From the NCBI RefSeq assembly GCF_006345805.1, contig NW_021836227.1, positions 1 to 25,082 of the forward strand: a stretch of DNA of 25,082 nt, written 5' to 3'. Each line of letters starts with the position of its first letter. Within the stretch, counting starts at the first letter, position 1. This DNA comes from Octopus sinensis. Taxonomy: Eukaryota. A program made the position numbers and the translations under genes. A model generated the notes under the pieces. That model was not told where the DNA came from and did no database searches. It saw only the letters and a list, made by a program, of their open reading frames with translations. Positions 9,866 to 21,325 of this stretch are shown here, piece by piece.

Positions 9866-10769
9866 ATATATATGAATACGCACGCGCGTAAGTGTAACTG
9901 TATTTGAATTTGTGCTTCTGTCTTCCTCCTGCCATCGTTTGAAAACTTCTTTATATTTACGAGCTCATAATATGGCGGTTCTGCAAAAAGGCCAATCGAA
10001 CAAGAATTGAGCTGTATGACATAAGCACTTAGGTCGAGCTTTGCGACTAAATCTCTTCAGAGAAGCAGCCCAGCATGGGCGTACATCAATGACTGAAGTA
10101 GAAGATACGAGGAAGAAAAGACGAGTGTTAAAGTCTATATTTATGAACTGATCGGCTATCAAGGAGAAGGTAGTTCAATTGATCGATCACCGGGAATAAT
10201 CATCACCGAAGCTCACGATGAAACTTTTATGTGGAAATAGATGTTACGAAAATGAGTGTTCATCAAGGAATCATTGTCTTTGTCACTAACAATGCCTAAT
10301 CAACACTCTATTAGAATCTTCAAGGCCGTTAAAGATTATAGGCCTCAATAATGCTGAGTGTCTCTATTAACGAACGGTCATCAGAAGCATAGCAAGGTCT
10401 GTATCACATATATATCGAATGTGCTAACAATTCTGAAAGCCTATCGCAGTTCAAATGCAGTTATATATAAAAAAAAAATCATACACATACATTCTTGATT
10501 TAATGCAGTTATCGCTGCCTCTTACGTCAGGATGTGTGACAATTACGAAAGCGCAACTGCGACCAGCTCCGTATTAAACAGGAACGGGAAGATAATATCA
10601 AACATCAAGAATTCTCCAAATTGCAAATTGACATTAAGGAAGAAAACAGGCTTATTCTATCTCTCTCTCTTCCTCTTTCTCTTTTCCTCTCCCTATATCT
10701 ATATATCTGAGTGTGTCTGTAGGTGTGCATGAGTGCGTGTAGGTGTGTGGGTGGGTGTGCGTGCGTGTC

Positions 10770-10950
10770 TGTATATGTAAGTGTATGTGTATGACACGAG
10801 TTTCTCGCCAGTGCAACCATCAGGGGAATCTCAGAGTAAAAAGAAACTTACTCGACCAGAATGAAATATCAGCCTCTAGTATGGTATAGAGTACTCTTTT
10901 TACCAATAGTCAAGATAGACTTATGTGTAATCATTATATATATGTGTGTG
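10770..10950 (-). mobile_element. Hammerhead-relic element, paralogous to 21370-21545
   Basis: Alignable with 21370-21545 throughout. Minus strand CUGAUGG-UUGC(ACUG)GCGA-GAA-ACUCGUGU-C at 10793-10823. Confidence 0.55.
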
Positions 10951-11504
10951 TGTGTTTGTGTGTGTGTGTGCGTTTGTATACAGAGACACGTTTTTTATAT
11001 GTGTATACATATGCATGCACAAATGATGAGTCAGTCATGGCCTTGATCACCAATATTTGTCTCTCTACATCCAGATTTCCTCTGTATGCGTATTAAGAAG
11101 TGTATTAATGTAATAACCTGCAATACAGGTTATTACATTAATAACTAATTATTGCCTGCATTACACACCCTTTTGTATTCTCTTACTGTTTTACCCTACA
11201 AACACCACCATCGCCATATTGCACCTACGCCATGGAAACCAATAAATGATATCATCATTGCCAGCACCGGTATCCATAACTGCATCGTCCCTGCACTATC
11301 GCCATCAACACCATCATCGTCAGCATCATCACCATCAACAGTCATGTGGAATTTGTTAAGCGAGCAAAAAAAAAAAAAGGAAAAGAAAATCCTGACGTCG
11401 TCTACGCTAGAAATAGCAGCCAAATCACTTTTGTGTAATAATGTACTGCTTGAAATAAGGAAAGAACACGTTAAATAATGTAGTCCCTGAAAAGGACTGT
11501 GTCT

Positions 11505-11790
11505 TAAGGGCTCACGATCGTAAGGTTATGAGTTCAATCCCGACATCATATTGTGTCCTTGAGCAAGACATTTTATTTCCCGTTGCTTCAGTCTACTCAT
11601 CTGGAAAAAGGGAAATGTACCTGTAATTCAAATGGTCTGCCTTGTCACATTCAGTGGATCACCGTGAGTATCCTTGAAAACTACGTCAAGTGTTCGCGTG
11701 CCTGTGGAGTGCTCAGCCACTTGCATGAGCATGCTATTCCGTTGAACGAATCAACCGGAACAGTCATCGCCGTAACCGAGGGAAAACCAG
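11505..11790 (+). mobile_element. Diverged SINE with CORE-like middle and family B-type 3' end
   Basis: GAGTTCAATCCC B box, TTGTGTCCTTGAGCAAGACATTT, and a 3' part GTGCTCAGCCACTTG...ATCAACCGGAAC...CGTAACCGA shared with family B. Confidence 0.8.
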
Positions 11791-11877
11791 GCCCTTTTAT
11801 CTGCGAAAATTGGAAGGTTCTGAATGGAAAGCTTTTCATAATAGTATCAAAGGTGTCCTGAAGTTAATTATAATACC

Positions 11878-12097
11878 TATTTCTTTACTACCCACAAGAG
11901 GCTAAACACAGAGGGGACAAACAAGGACATACAGACGGATCAAGTCGATTATATCGACCCCAGTTCGTAGCTGGTACTTAATTTATCGACCCCGAAAGGA
12001 TGAAAGGCAACGTAGACCTCGGCGGAAATTGAACTCAGAACGTAACGGCAGACGAAAGACTGCTCGGCATTTCGTCTGACGTGCTAACGATTCTGCC
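11878..12097 (-). mobile_element. tRNA-derived SINE, family E, 5'-truncated, 14-16-bp TSD
   Basis: Body TACTTAATTTATCGACCCCGAAAGGATGAAAGGC shared with the 20.0-kb and 22.0-22.4-kb copies. Direct repeat AGTTAATTATAATACC at 11862-11877 and 12098-12113. Confidence 0.9.
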
Positions 12098-12129
12098 AGT
12101 TAATTATAATACCAATCCTTCAGACGTTC

Positions 12130-12269
12130 TCAGATTAATACTAATCTTACTACTACGACCACAACCTCCATCACATCTACCAACATAACTACTATCATAC
12201 TTGCACCATCATCATAACCGCCACTAACGCTATCATGCCACTGCTAACAACGTCGTGGTAGTAGTCATA

Positions 12270-12328
<59 letters not shown>

Positions 12329-12603
12329 GATGATGATGATGATGATCATCATCATCATCATCATCGCTATCACAATCAACACCACCACCACCACCACAAT
12401 CATCATCAGCATCCACCGACTCTCTTCATTATCTCTGTTCTTCCTTCGCTCGCCCAAACCCATTGTATCTCTCTGTATACGTCTGAATGTCAGCCTCCCT
12501 TTATTCATGTCGTTTTGTCTGCCTCTGTCTCTGCCTGACTGTGTCCGTCCGTCTATCAATCTGTCAGTCTACTTTCCTATCTATCTTTCTATCTCTGTCG
12601 ATT

Positions 12604-12640
<37 letters not shown>

Positions 12641-12844
12641 CATCTATCTATTTATCTACCTATCTATCTGTCTGTCTGTTTGTCTCTCTCTCTCTCACTC
12701 TCTCTCTATCTGTCTGTCTGTCTGTCTATCTCTCTGTCTGTCTTCTATCTGTCTATCTATCTGTCAGTCTGTCTGTCTATCTATCTATCTGTCTATCTGT
12801 CTATCTGTCTGTCTGTCTGTCTTATATCTGTCTATCTATCTGAC

Positions 12845-12907
<63 letters not shown>

Positions 12908-12930
12908 CCTGTCTACCTATCTGTCTGCGT
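12130..12930. repeat. Compound simple repeats: (ATG)n/(CAT)n/(CAC)n then (CTAT)n/(CTGT)n
   Basis: Read directly; source of the poly-M/H/I and SIYL/SVCL ORFs. Confidence 0.95.
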
Positions 12931-13666
12931 ATCTTTCCTTTCTTTAATCGTCCTGTCGGCATTGGTGCCACGTTTGTCTATCAAATTTTATAGCCGTCCC
13001 CTTTTCTGGAATCTAAAGTGATGGATCCTTTCCTATTCCTTCCCTATTCCTTCCCTATTCCTCCCAGCGCGCCACATTTACCCAGTCCCCCAATCTCCAT
13101 GTCCCTCTCTCATCCTCTAATTACTAATTACTCTCCTAAACTGTATACCATCTCACTTTGTTTTAATCTCATCGTTCACATTCAATCCCCTGCTACTTTT
13201 TTTTATCATTGACCTTTTCCATGTCTTTCTCTATTTGTCATTCTCCCTTCCTCTCTGCTTTGTTCTTTGATTCTCAACGTTTCTTCTTTCATCCATCAGT
13301 CATTCTGCCGCCTACCACCCTTCTCTCTATATATATATGTCTGTCTCTCTAACTATCACTCATCGTTCTTACTACATTCATCATTCCCTTTCCTTTCTCA
13401 CTATTTCTCTCGTACGCCATTTTATTTTCTTTGTGACATCTTTGTCACAATGTCTGCCTCTGCGACCTTTCTCCCTCTTCTTTCATTCTACTCGCCTTAG
13501 CTCCTTTACCTCCTTCGTCTGTATTTATATATCTGCCCCACTCAGGATTGCTTTCCCCTTTGCCTGCAACTCTCACACATTGTGATTTCCTTGACTGTTT
13601 CTTGTATTTCTGACTACTGTATGTCTATTTTTCTATGTACTCAACGCTGTCTGTCTGTCTGCCAGC

Positions 13667-13697
<31 letters not shown>

Positions 13698-13853
13698 GCA
13701 CTACTTTCTTACCTCTAATATCTGCCTCGTTTAATCTTTATAATTTTACGACACTTACCTCGTTCTACTTTCCTTCACATATCTCGCTCATTCTCTCTCC
13801 TTTCTTGCCGATTTGTCTTTCATTCCGTCTGCACCATTCCTCCTTTCTCTCGT

Positions 13854-13890
<37 letters not shown>

Positions 13891-14012
13891 ATTCTGTTTT
13901 CCTACTTTCTATCTTCCCTCACCACCACACCGCTCTGTCAATGCTCACTTATATCATCCCCTCCTCCTTCTTAGTCGTCTTCTTTTTTACTACTACTACT
14001 GCTACTACCACC

Positions 14013-14052
<40 letters not shown>

Positions 14053-14130
14053 TACTACTACTAGAACAACAACAATAATAATACTTCATTTATTTTTCTT
14101 CCCCTTCCCTTCTCTCTCTCCCTCTTTCAT
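12930..14130. repeat. Pyrimidine-rich low-complexity region with (CT)n and (CTA)n/(CAC)n
   Basis: Strong C/T skew and short tandem repeats. Confidence 0.8.
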
Positions 14131-14562
14131 TCCCATTCAAACAACCAGACCAATTTGTTTCAATTGAAGAAGTCGTCAGTCAACAAAAGAGATCCATTCT
14201 CAATGGAAATTGGCTCAGAATTTATTGGACTTTAGTTTTCTTATTTCGATAACTTGGTAACTTACTTTTTGTTTGCTTCACATGTTTTATTTTATTCTTT
14301 TATACTTTTATGTTTTTTTTTTCTCCTTGTAGTTCTTGAAATTTCTTGAAATTTCTAGTAGAAAGTTATATGATGTAATGTCGTATGAAGAGAAAAAAAA
14401 GACGTCTAAGATAGCCTCAGTTGAAGATTAGAGGGGGAGAGACAGAAATAGAAATGAAAGTGAAAGGGAAGAAATAAAGCAGGAAAGAAGAGTTAGAGAC
14501 GAAAAGTGAGAGAAAGATGTTAAAATTGAGCAAATGTGTGTGTGTATGTGCGCGCATGTGCG

Positions 14563-14660
14563 TATGTAATTAGAAGTTTGCTTCTCAACCATGGGATTCC
14601 TGGTTCAGTCCCACAGCATGTCACTTTGGGCAAGTGTCCTCAGCTATTGCCCCAAGCTGG
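14563..14660 (+). mobile_element. SINE family C head fragment
   Basis: TTGCTTCTCAACCATGGGATTCCTGGTTCAGTCCCAC..CACTTTGGGCAAGTGTCCTC. Confidence 0.75.
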
Positions 14661-14978
14661 GCAATAGTAATAGTAATAATAGGAGAGGTAGTGGTGGTGA
14701 GGGACACATTGATGTTGATGACGATGACAATAAAACTAGAACAGTAACAAATTGCAAAACTGAGAAATTCTTGTTTCTTACCAATGCCATGTTTTTCCTT
14801 CAGAGAAATAAGATCAGCTTCTGAGAGTAAAGAAGAAGGTGAGATTTTACCTGATAACATCTGGAAATAAAAAAAAAAAACAAAACAAATTAGCATAGTA
14901 ATAATTATTTTAAATATTTTACTGCAAGAGATAGAGAGAGGTCTATATATATGTGTGTATGTGTGCGTTTATATATAT

Positions 14979-15241
14979 ACAACAGTATCGCCCGGCGTTG
15001 GTCGGGTTGGTAATGGAAATAACTATATAATCATTTTTAGAGAGTTACTTCCCTTATATAATAGCAAAAAATGCATTAAAAATGGAAAAAAAAGATGTTA
15101 ATTTTTTTTTTAAATCGTAGACTCATCGTAGACGCGCACTAATACCCAGAATGGCTTGATATGAATCACGACTATTGCACCGTAAAATGTGGGAGTAGTT
15201 AGGAATCTAAATCGTAGGAGAAAGACACCACACAACTTCAG

Positions 15242-15255
<14 letters not shown>
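14979..15255 (+). mobile_element. Putative non-autonomous Helitron-like element
   Basis: Start ACAACAGTATCGCCCGGCGTTGGTCGGG (CCCG/CGGG hairpin) and end CACAACTTCAGTTTTTTATATATA resemble invertebrate Lep1-type Helitron termini as I recall them. No coding capacity. Confidence 0.45.
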
Positions 15256-15312
<57 letters not shown>

Positions 15313-15344
15313 GTGTTTGTGTGTGTGTGTGTGTGCGTGTGCAA

Positions 15345-15626
15345 AGATACCTTTCGGTCATGATTGACCATGGGATTGCACCAAAAAAAGTTACCTTCCG
15401 CGGCACAAGTCCGGGCAAAGTTGTTAACAGAAGACCAGTAGTCGTCATGCAAAAGGCCAATCCGGCGCGGCACCAGTGACATCGCTACTCATTTTTGTGG
15501 TTGAGTGAAGTGGAGCAACGTGAAATATAGTGTATTGCTTTAGAGCACACCACACTGCCCGGTCCATGAATCGAACTCACTATCTCATGATTGTGAGCCC
15601 GATGCTCTAACCACTCGGCCATTTGC
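15345..15626 (-). mobile_element. SINE family A, diverged, internally deleted
   Basis: Minus strand TGGCCGAGTGGTTAGAG...GAGTTCGATTC...TTTCACGTTGCTCC...TTGCCCGGACTTGTG...TGACCGAAAGG matches 1107-1430. Confidence 0.85.
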
Positions 15627-16187
15627 GATCAAACATACGTATACATATAGTTATCAAATTAAATAATATGTAACGTGTATCTAAGGAGCGAAGTGGGGAG
15701 AGAAATAAATATGGGAATAGAAACATTGAAAGAAAAGTCAGGCTGGTAAATAACGAGATTGATGAAGAGAACGAGTAGATGAAAGAGGGTGAGAAGGATA
15801 ATATGATGAAGAAAATGAGATGCAGACATATTGAATATAATGTATAGCTAAATAGAAAACAAAATATACTGAATATATTGAAAGAATGAGAAACTGATAG
15901 AAGTTCACAAGGAGGGATAAAGCATGAAAGAAGCAGAGAAAATATCTATCTACTTCTAATAGAAGCATAAAATTTTTTTCAAAAAAATATTTATCAGCGG
16001 CCAGCATATTGAAATACCTTTTAAGGTGAAAATTATAAACAATTATAATTAAGGGCAAAAGAAAAAAAAAATATTCTATGCCAGTATGCTTAAAAAATTG
16101 ACATTATATCGTCTAACCACATACAATATTTTTCGCTATAAATACATGCTGTGGTTAAACGATATAAAGTCTATTTTTTCAGCATAT

Positions 16188-16343
16188 TCTTTTACTCATT
16201 GACTCTTTTACTTATTTCAGTAAATTGATTGCCGCCATGCTGGAGCACCGCCTTTCGTCGGTTGTCAAACGATATTGGAGGGGGAGGCAAACACAGACAA
16301 ACAAACATATACACACACATACATACATACATAAATGCATGCA

Positions 16344-16377
<34 letters not shown>

Positions 16378-16391
16378 CATACATACATACA

Positions 16392-16427
<36 letters not shown>

Positions 16428-16586
16428 TACGACGGGCTGCTTACAGTTACTGTTTACCAAATCCACTCACAAGGCTTTGGTCGGCCCGACGCTATAATAG
16501 AAGACACTTGATCAAGGTGCCACGCAGTGGGAATGAACCCGGAACCATTAGGCTGGTAAGCAAGTTACTTACCACACCGCACTCCT
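16188..16586 (-). mobile_element. SINE family C with tail deletion
   Basis: Head and tail homology to 23458-23884; internal (CATA)n. Confidence 0.88.
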
Positions 16587-16612
16587 CGGCATACAATTTT
16601 GTTCTTTTGCCC

Positions 16613-16652
<40 letters not shown>

Positions 16653-16668
16653 TCTATCTATCTATCTA

Positions 16669-16721
<53 letters not shown>

Positions 16722-17081
16722 AGAAAAAAAACTTCTTTTAGCCAATATAATTCCAACATAGTAGTTTTGTGAAATGAACAGAAATGTGATCAGCATCTTC
16801 TCATATATCAGGAAATTATACCTACTTTATTATGGATAAATTCATCGTCTCTGAGTATGAAATATCTCCTCATATCTCCGGAAATTACACCTGCATTATT
16901 ATGGATGGATTTACCTTTTCTGTGAAGCTAACAAACTCTTTAAAAAGCTTTTATAAAACTGTGCATCATTAGTGAACTTTTGAAGTCTGCTTACAATCTA
17001 ACTTTGCTTTTTATAGAACTCTCTTCGATACTTCATGAGTGTAGCCTCACCCCCTAGGATGTTTGGAAAACTCATATGTGT

Positions 17082-17170
17082 TTTGGCTGATGAATACGGG
17101 ACACTTGTATTTGCTGCAATATTTGCAGCTTTTAATAAAGCTGTTCTTCGTATGAAACAATTGTACTGAA
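17082..17170 (+). ncRNA. Type I hammerhead ribozyme with enlarged stem II
   Basis: Stem I UUUGG/CUGAA (2 G-U), CUGAUGA (17087-17093), stem II AUACG/CGUAU enclosing about 50 nt including a GCUGCAA/UUGCAGC hairpin, GAA, palindrome ACAAUUGU, GUA, predicted cut after 17165. Confidence 0.7.
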
Positions 17171-17734
17171 CAACTAATCGATTCTTGTTGCTTTTTTCTT
17201 GTTTATAATCACCCCACATTATTTTATGGTTAATACCATATAGATTTCTGGTGCATCTAAGTTAAGTACCGCATTCATGTGAATTCATTGGAACTCACTT
17301 GAATCTTAATTGTTTTTACTGAGAATATATATATATATATCTGTCTGTCTGTCTGTCTAAATTGCTGTAAAAAGTGCCCTGCTTTGGGTATTCATTCTCA
17401 CACTGGGCGACATTATAGTATGATCTCACAAACGACTTATTTAGAACCATCACCCGAAGAAGTGGATCGTATACCTTTGATGGATGATAGTAATTACACA
17501 ATACGTTAATTATATTATTTCACCAATGTACTACTAGCGTAAAAATGCGCTGAAGCAATTGTAATCTTTAGATAATGAATGGCGCTCAATTCATTTTCTA
17601 TTATTATCGATATATCTATATATCTATCTGTCTAAGTAGGTATCTATGTATGTATGTTTGTATTTGTCTATCTCTACATATATTTCTGAGTAAACATACG
17701 CCTGCGAACATAAATTCGTATATACCTATGTACA

Positions 17735-17986
17735 TAAAAGCATACATATATACATACCTACATACACACATACATGCATGCATACATACATACATACATA
17801 CATGCATACACGCATACATACATACATACATACATACATACATACACACACACAAACACATACATACATACATACATACATACACACATACATACACACA
17901 TACATACATACATACATACATACATACATACATACATACATACATACATACATGCATACATACATACATACATACATACATACATT

Positions 17987-18018
<32 letters not shown>

Positions 18019-18060
18019 CATACATACATACATACATGCATACATACATACATGCATGCA

Positions 18061-18094
<34 letters not shown>

Positions 18095-18114
18095 CATACA
18101 TACATACATACATG

Positions 18115-18146
<32 letters not shown>

Positions 18147-18310
18147 CATACATTCATACATACATGCATACATACATACATACATTCATACATACATACA
18201 TACATATATACATTCATACATACATGCATACATACATTCATACATACATACATACATACATACATACATACATACATACATACATACATACGTACACACA
18301 TATACACACA
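17735..18310. repeat. Long (CATA)n tetranucleotide array with variants
   Basis: About 570 bp read directly; source of the HTYI/MYVC ORFs. Confidence 0.97.
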
Positions 18311-18675
18311 CAATTACAGAATTACAGACAGATACGTAAAACTTCTCTCGAAGAGACGATTGTGCTAAAATATCTAAAATGTATCTTGCTCAATGTTTAA
18401 AACCCAGATGTTGGTCTTTGCTGTTGAAATATACGCCGCTAGCGACCCTGAGTTATTTCTCTGAGCATTTGCTTCTTTGTTTGTTTGTATGTATGTATGT
18501 ATCTATATATATGCATGTATGTGTGTGTGTATATGTGTATGTATGTGTATATGTGTGTATATGTATGTATGTATGTGTGTATATGTGTATGTGTGTGTAT
18601 GCATGTATGTGAGTGTATGTATGTATGTGTGTTTTATGCATGTATGTGTTTATCTATTTATGTATCTACATATAT

Positions 18676-18742
18676 AGGGAGAATTCACAAAATAACAAAA
18701 ACCAAAGACAGGTGGTGTAGACAACAACCGATGTATTAGTAT
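18676..18742 (-). mobile_element. Family X terminal fragment (no hammerhead)
   Basis: AGGGAGAATTCACAAAATAACAAAAACCAAAGACAGGTGGTGTAGACAAC..GATGTATTAGTAT matches 194-262. Confidence 0.75.
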
Positions 18743-18781
18743 CTATATGTATGTATGTATATATGCATACAAATATATCTC

Positions 18782-18860
<79 letters not shown>

Positions 18861-19032
18861 ATATATATATATATATATACACACATCGTATATATATTAT
18901 ATATATATACATACGTATATACATACGCAAACACATTCATATGTATATATGATATATGTATGTATATGTGTATACATATATATTGAACATACTTGCACAT
19001 ACACACACACATACACACACACGCACACATAA

Positions 19033-19065
<33 letters not shown>

Positions 19066-19093
19066 TTAGCCCCTTGTGGGTAGTAAAGAAATA
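19066..19093 (+). mobile_element. 28-bp 3' terminus of a family E SINE inside (TA)n
   Basis: 27/28 match to the reverse complement of about 11878-11905. Confidence 0.75.
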
Positions 19094-19550
19094 TATATAT
19101 ATATATATACATGTTTAGATATGAATGTATGTTTGCGCGTAGATCTGTATATTAGAGTGTGTGCGTTCGTGTGTGTGTGTGTGCGTTCGAGTGTGTGTGT
19201 GTGCGTGCGTGTGCGTCTATGCTTGTGTACGTGTGTGTGTGTGTGTGTGTGTTTGGAAGGAAAGAAGAGTAACGAAATTCAAAGCCTGAAGAGAAAAGGA
19301 AGCTATAAGATAAACAAAAAAAATAATAAAACAATGCATGAAGTAACAAAAATGTATAGAAAGCCTGATTGTAGAAGAAAACTAAATAAAAAGTGAGTAG
19401 GATATAAAATGTTGTTTGAAATGAATTTGCAATTTAGGACAGAGTGAACGGAGAGGCATGACTGCGATTTGTTTGCATTGTGTTTCATTAATACGTTTGT
19501 TTTATTTTTGTTTAATAAAAGATCATCTATTCCCGACCCAACATATATGT

Positions 19551-19938
19551 GGATTTTATGGAAGCACTCCGTCGGTTACGACGACGAGGGTTCTGGTTGA
19601 TCCGAATCAACAGCCTGCTCGTGAAATTAACGTGTAAGTGGCTGAGCACTCCACAGACACGTGTACCCTTAACGTAGTTCTCGGGGATATTCAGCGTGAC
19701 ACAGAGAGTGACAAGGCCGGCCCTTTGAAATACAGGTACAACAGAAACATGAAGTAAGAGTGAGAGAAAGTTGTGGTGAAAGAGTACAGCAGGGATCACC
19801 ACCATCCCCTGCCGGAGCCTCGTGGAGCTTTTTAAGTGTTTTCGCTCAATAAACACTCACAACGCCCGGTCTGGGAATCGAAACCGCGATGCTATGACTG
19901 CGAGTCCGCTGCCCTAACCACTGGGCCATTGCGCCTCC
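19551..19938 (-). mobile_element. Full-length SINE family B, 15-bp TSD
   Basis: TSD ACCCAACATATATGT at 19536-19550 and 19939-19953; near-identical to 2760-3154. Confidence 0.95.
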
Positions 19939-19995
19939 ACCCAACATATATGTAGTCCTTATAACACACTCTTTCTAAGGCAGTTCTATTTAGTA

Positions 19996-20211
19996 TTGGT
20001 TTCAAATTTTGGCACAAGGCCAGTAATTTTGAGGTAGGATAGAAGTCGATTAGATCGATCCCGATGCTCAACTGCTACTTAATTTATCGACCCCCGAGGG
20101 ATGAAAGGCAAATTAGAGCTGAGCGGAAGGTGTACTCGGAATGTGAAAACAGTTGAAGTACCTCTAACAGTTTTGACCGGCGGGGTAACGATTCCATCAG
20201 TTCACTGCCTT
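19996..20211 (-). mobile_element. Diverged SINE family E
   Basis: GGCACAAGGCCAG...GTCGATTAGATCGA...TACTTAATTTATCGACCCC..GATGAAAGGCAAA. Confidence 0.8.
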
Positions 20212-20309
20212 TATTATATATAATATTGAAAAGCATGTCTTACTGACTAGGTTGTTGCACTCATGCTCTTAAGATGGTGATTTCGATTCCTGGTCTGGGC
20301 GACTCGTCT

Positions 20310-20584
20310 TCTTACTCTTTTACTCTATTACTTGCTTCAGTCGTTTCACTGCGGCCATGCTGGAGCACCGCCTTTAGTTGATCAATTTGACCCCAGGACT
20401 TATTCTTTGTAAGCTTAGTACATATTCAATCGGTCTGTTTTGCCGAACCGCTAAGTAACGGGGACGTAATCACACCAGTATCGGTTGTCAAGCGATGCTG
20501 AGGTGACAAACACAGACACACAACACACACACACCACACACACCACACACACACCACACACACACACATAATATATTATATATA

Positions 20585-20632
<48 letters not shown>

Positions 20633-20797
20633 ATATATATACGACGGGCTTCTTCAGTTTTCGACTACCAAATCCACTCAGAAGGCTTTGGTCGTTCCGA
20701 GGCTATAGTAGAAGACACTTGCCCAAGGTGCCACGCAGTGGGACTGAATCCAGAACCATGTGGTTCGTAACCAAGCTACTTACCACACAGCCACACC
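20310..20797 (-). mobile_element. Full-length SINE family C, apparently nested in an older SINE
   Basis: Complete head and tail homology. Flanks 20240-20309 (GATTTCGATTCCTGGTCTGGGCG) and 20800-20850 (TCCAGTTCACTCAGTTG) look like two halves of an older SINE. Confidence 0.88.
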
Positions 20798-21164
20798 TTT
20801 CGCCTATAAAAATACTTCATTTCTTCTTACTCCAGTTCACTCAGTTGCCGTACTCTATAATCCGGCAACATGAGTTACTAATTCCTTTTCTTCTGAGTTT
20901 CATGTAGGAGGGGATTTAAACCACAAAATCCAGAAAACTGGAATCGTGAGCTTATGGAGAATGGACCTTTAATCTGTTCTTTTGCGTGTGTGTCTGTGTG
21001 TTTGTGTGTCTATTGTGTTATTGCGTTTTATTTGTTATGTACATGTGTTTGTCTATTTGTATGTATGTGTATATGTATGTAAGTGAATATATATGTGCGT
21101 ATGTTTTATGTGTGTATAATCATATAACATACGCGGACATATACATACGTATACATTCTTTTAC

Positions 21165-21325
21165 ACTTGTGTTTGTTGTACTCCATTTTGTAGGATTTGT
21201 AGAACAATCGACCATTTATTTGAATCTGGGTACATACTCAATCATCCTCGCTAAGTTGTGAGTGTCTCCGCAAACCAGCGCATTTTGTCAAGCGGAGGGG
21301 GAACCACAAAGACACCCACCCACAC
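21165..21325 (-). mobile_element. Highly diverged SINE family C tail
   Basis: AACAATCGACC...CGCTAAGTT...GTCAAGCG..GGGGAACCACAAAGACAC. Confidence 0.6.

Larger units (their letters stand above)
18480..19255. repeat. Compound (TG)/(TATG)/(TA)/(CA) microsatellite block
   Basis: Read directly; contains two short element fragments listed separately. Confidence 0.9.

Noticed and set aside
10350-10390. Minus-strand CTGATGA...GAGAC, plus similar partial strings at about 5725 and 13282
   Set aside because: Each lacks either the GAAA, the CUGANGA or paired stems, which is consistent with chance.
10850-10880. 24-nt minus-strand microexon (TACTAG|...TGGTCGA|GTAAGT), conserved at about 21450-21480, and a plus-strand CNHQ..SSMV* frame
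   Set aside because: Both lie in the duplicated hammerhead-relic element, which explains the conservation, and no product was recognised. Not fully excluded without RNA-seq.
12255-13021. Long ORFs with poly-Met/His/Ile and SIYL/SVCL repeats
   Set aside because: They are translations of (ATG)n, (CAT)n and (CTAT/CTGT)n microsatellites, which are stop-free in several frames.
17017-17149. Candidate exon with CTAAC branch point, polypyrimidine-AG acceptor and GTATGA donor (NSLRYFMSVASPPRMFGKLICVLADEYG...)
   Set aside because: It overlaps the hammerhead stem II, the paralog at 5484 lacks the GT, and the peptide is unrecognised. It could instead be an element-internal splice signal.
17575-18400. 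190-254-aa HTYI/MYVC repeat ORFs on both strands
   Set aside because: Artefact of the (CATA)n array; the same applies to the YIYI/CVCV ORFs across the window.
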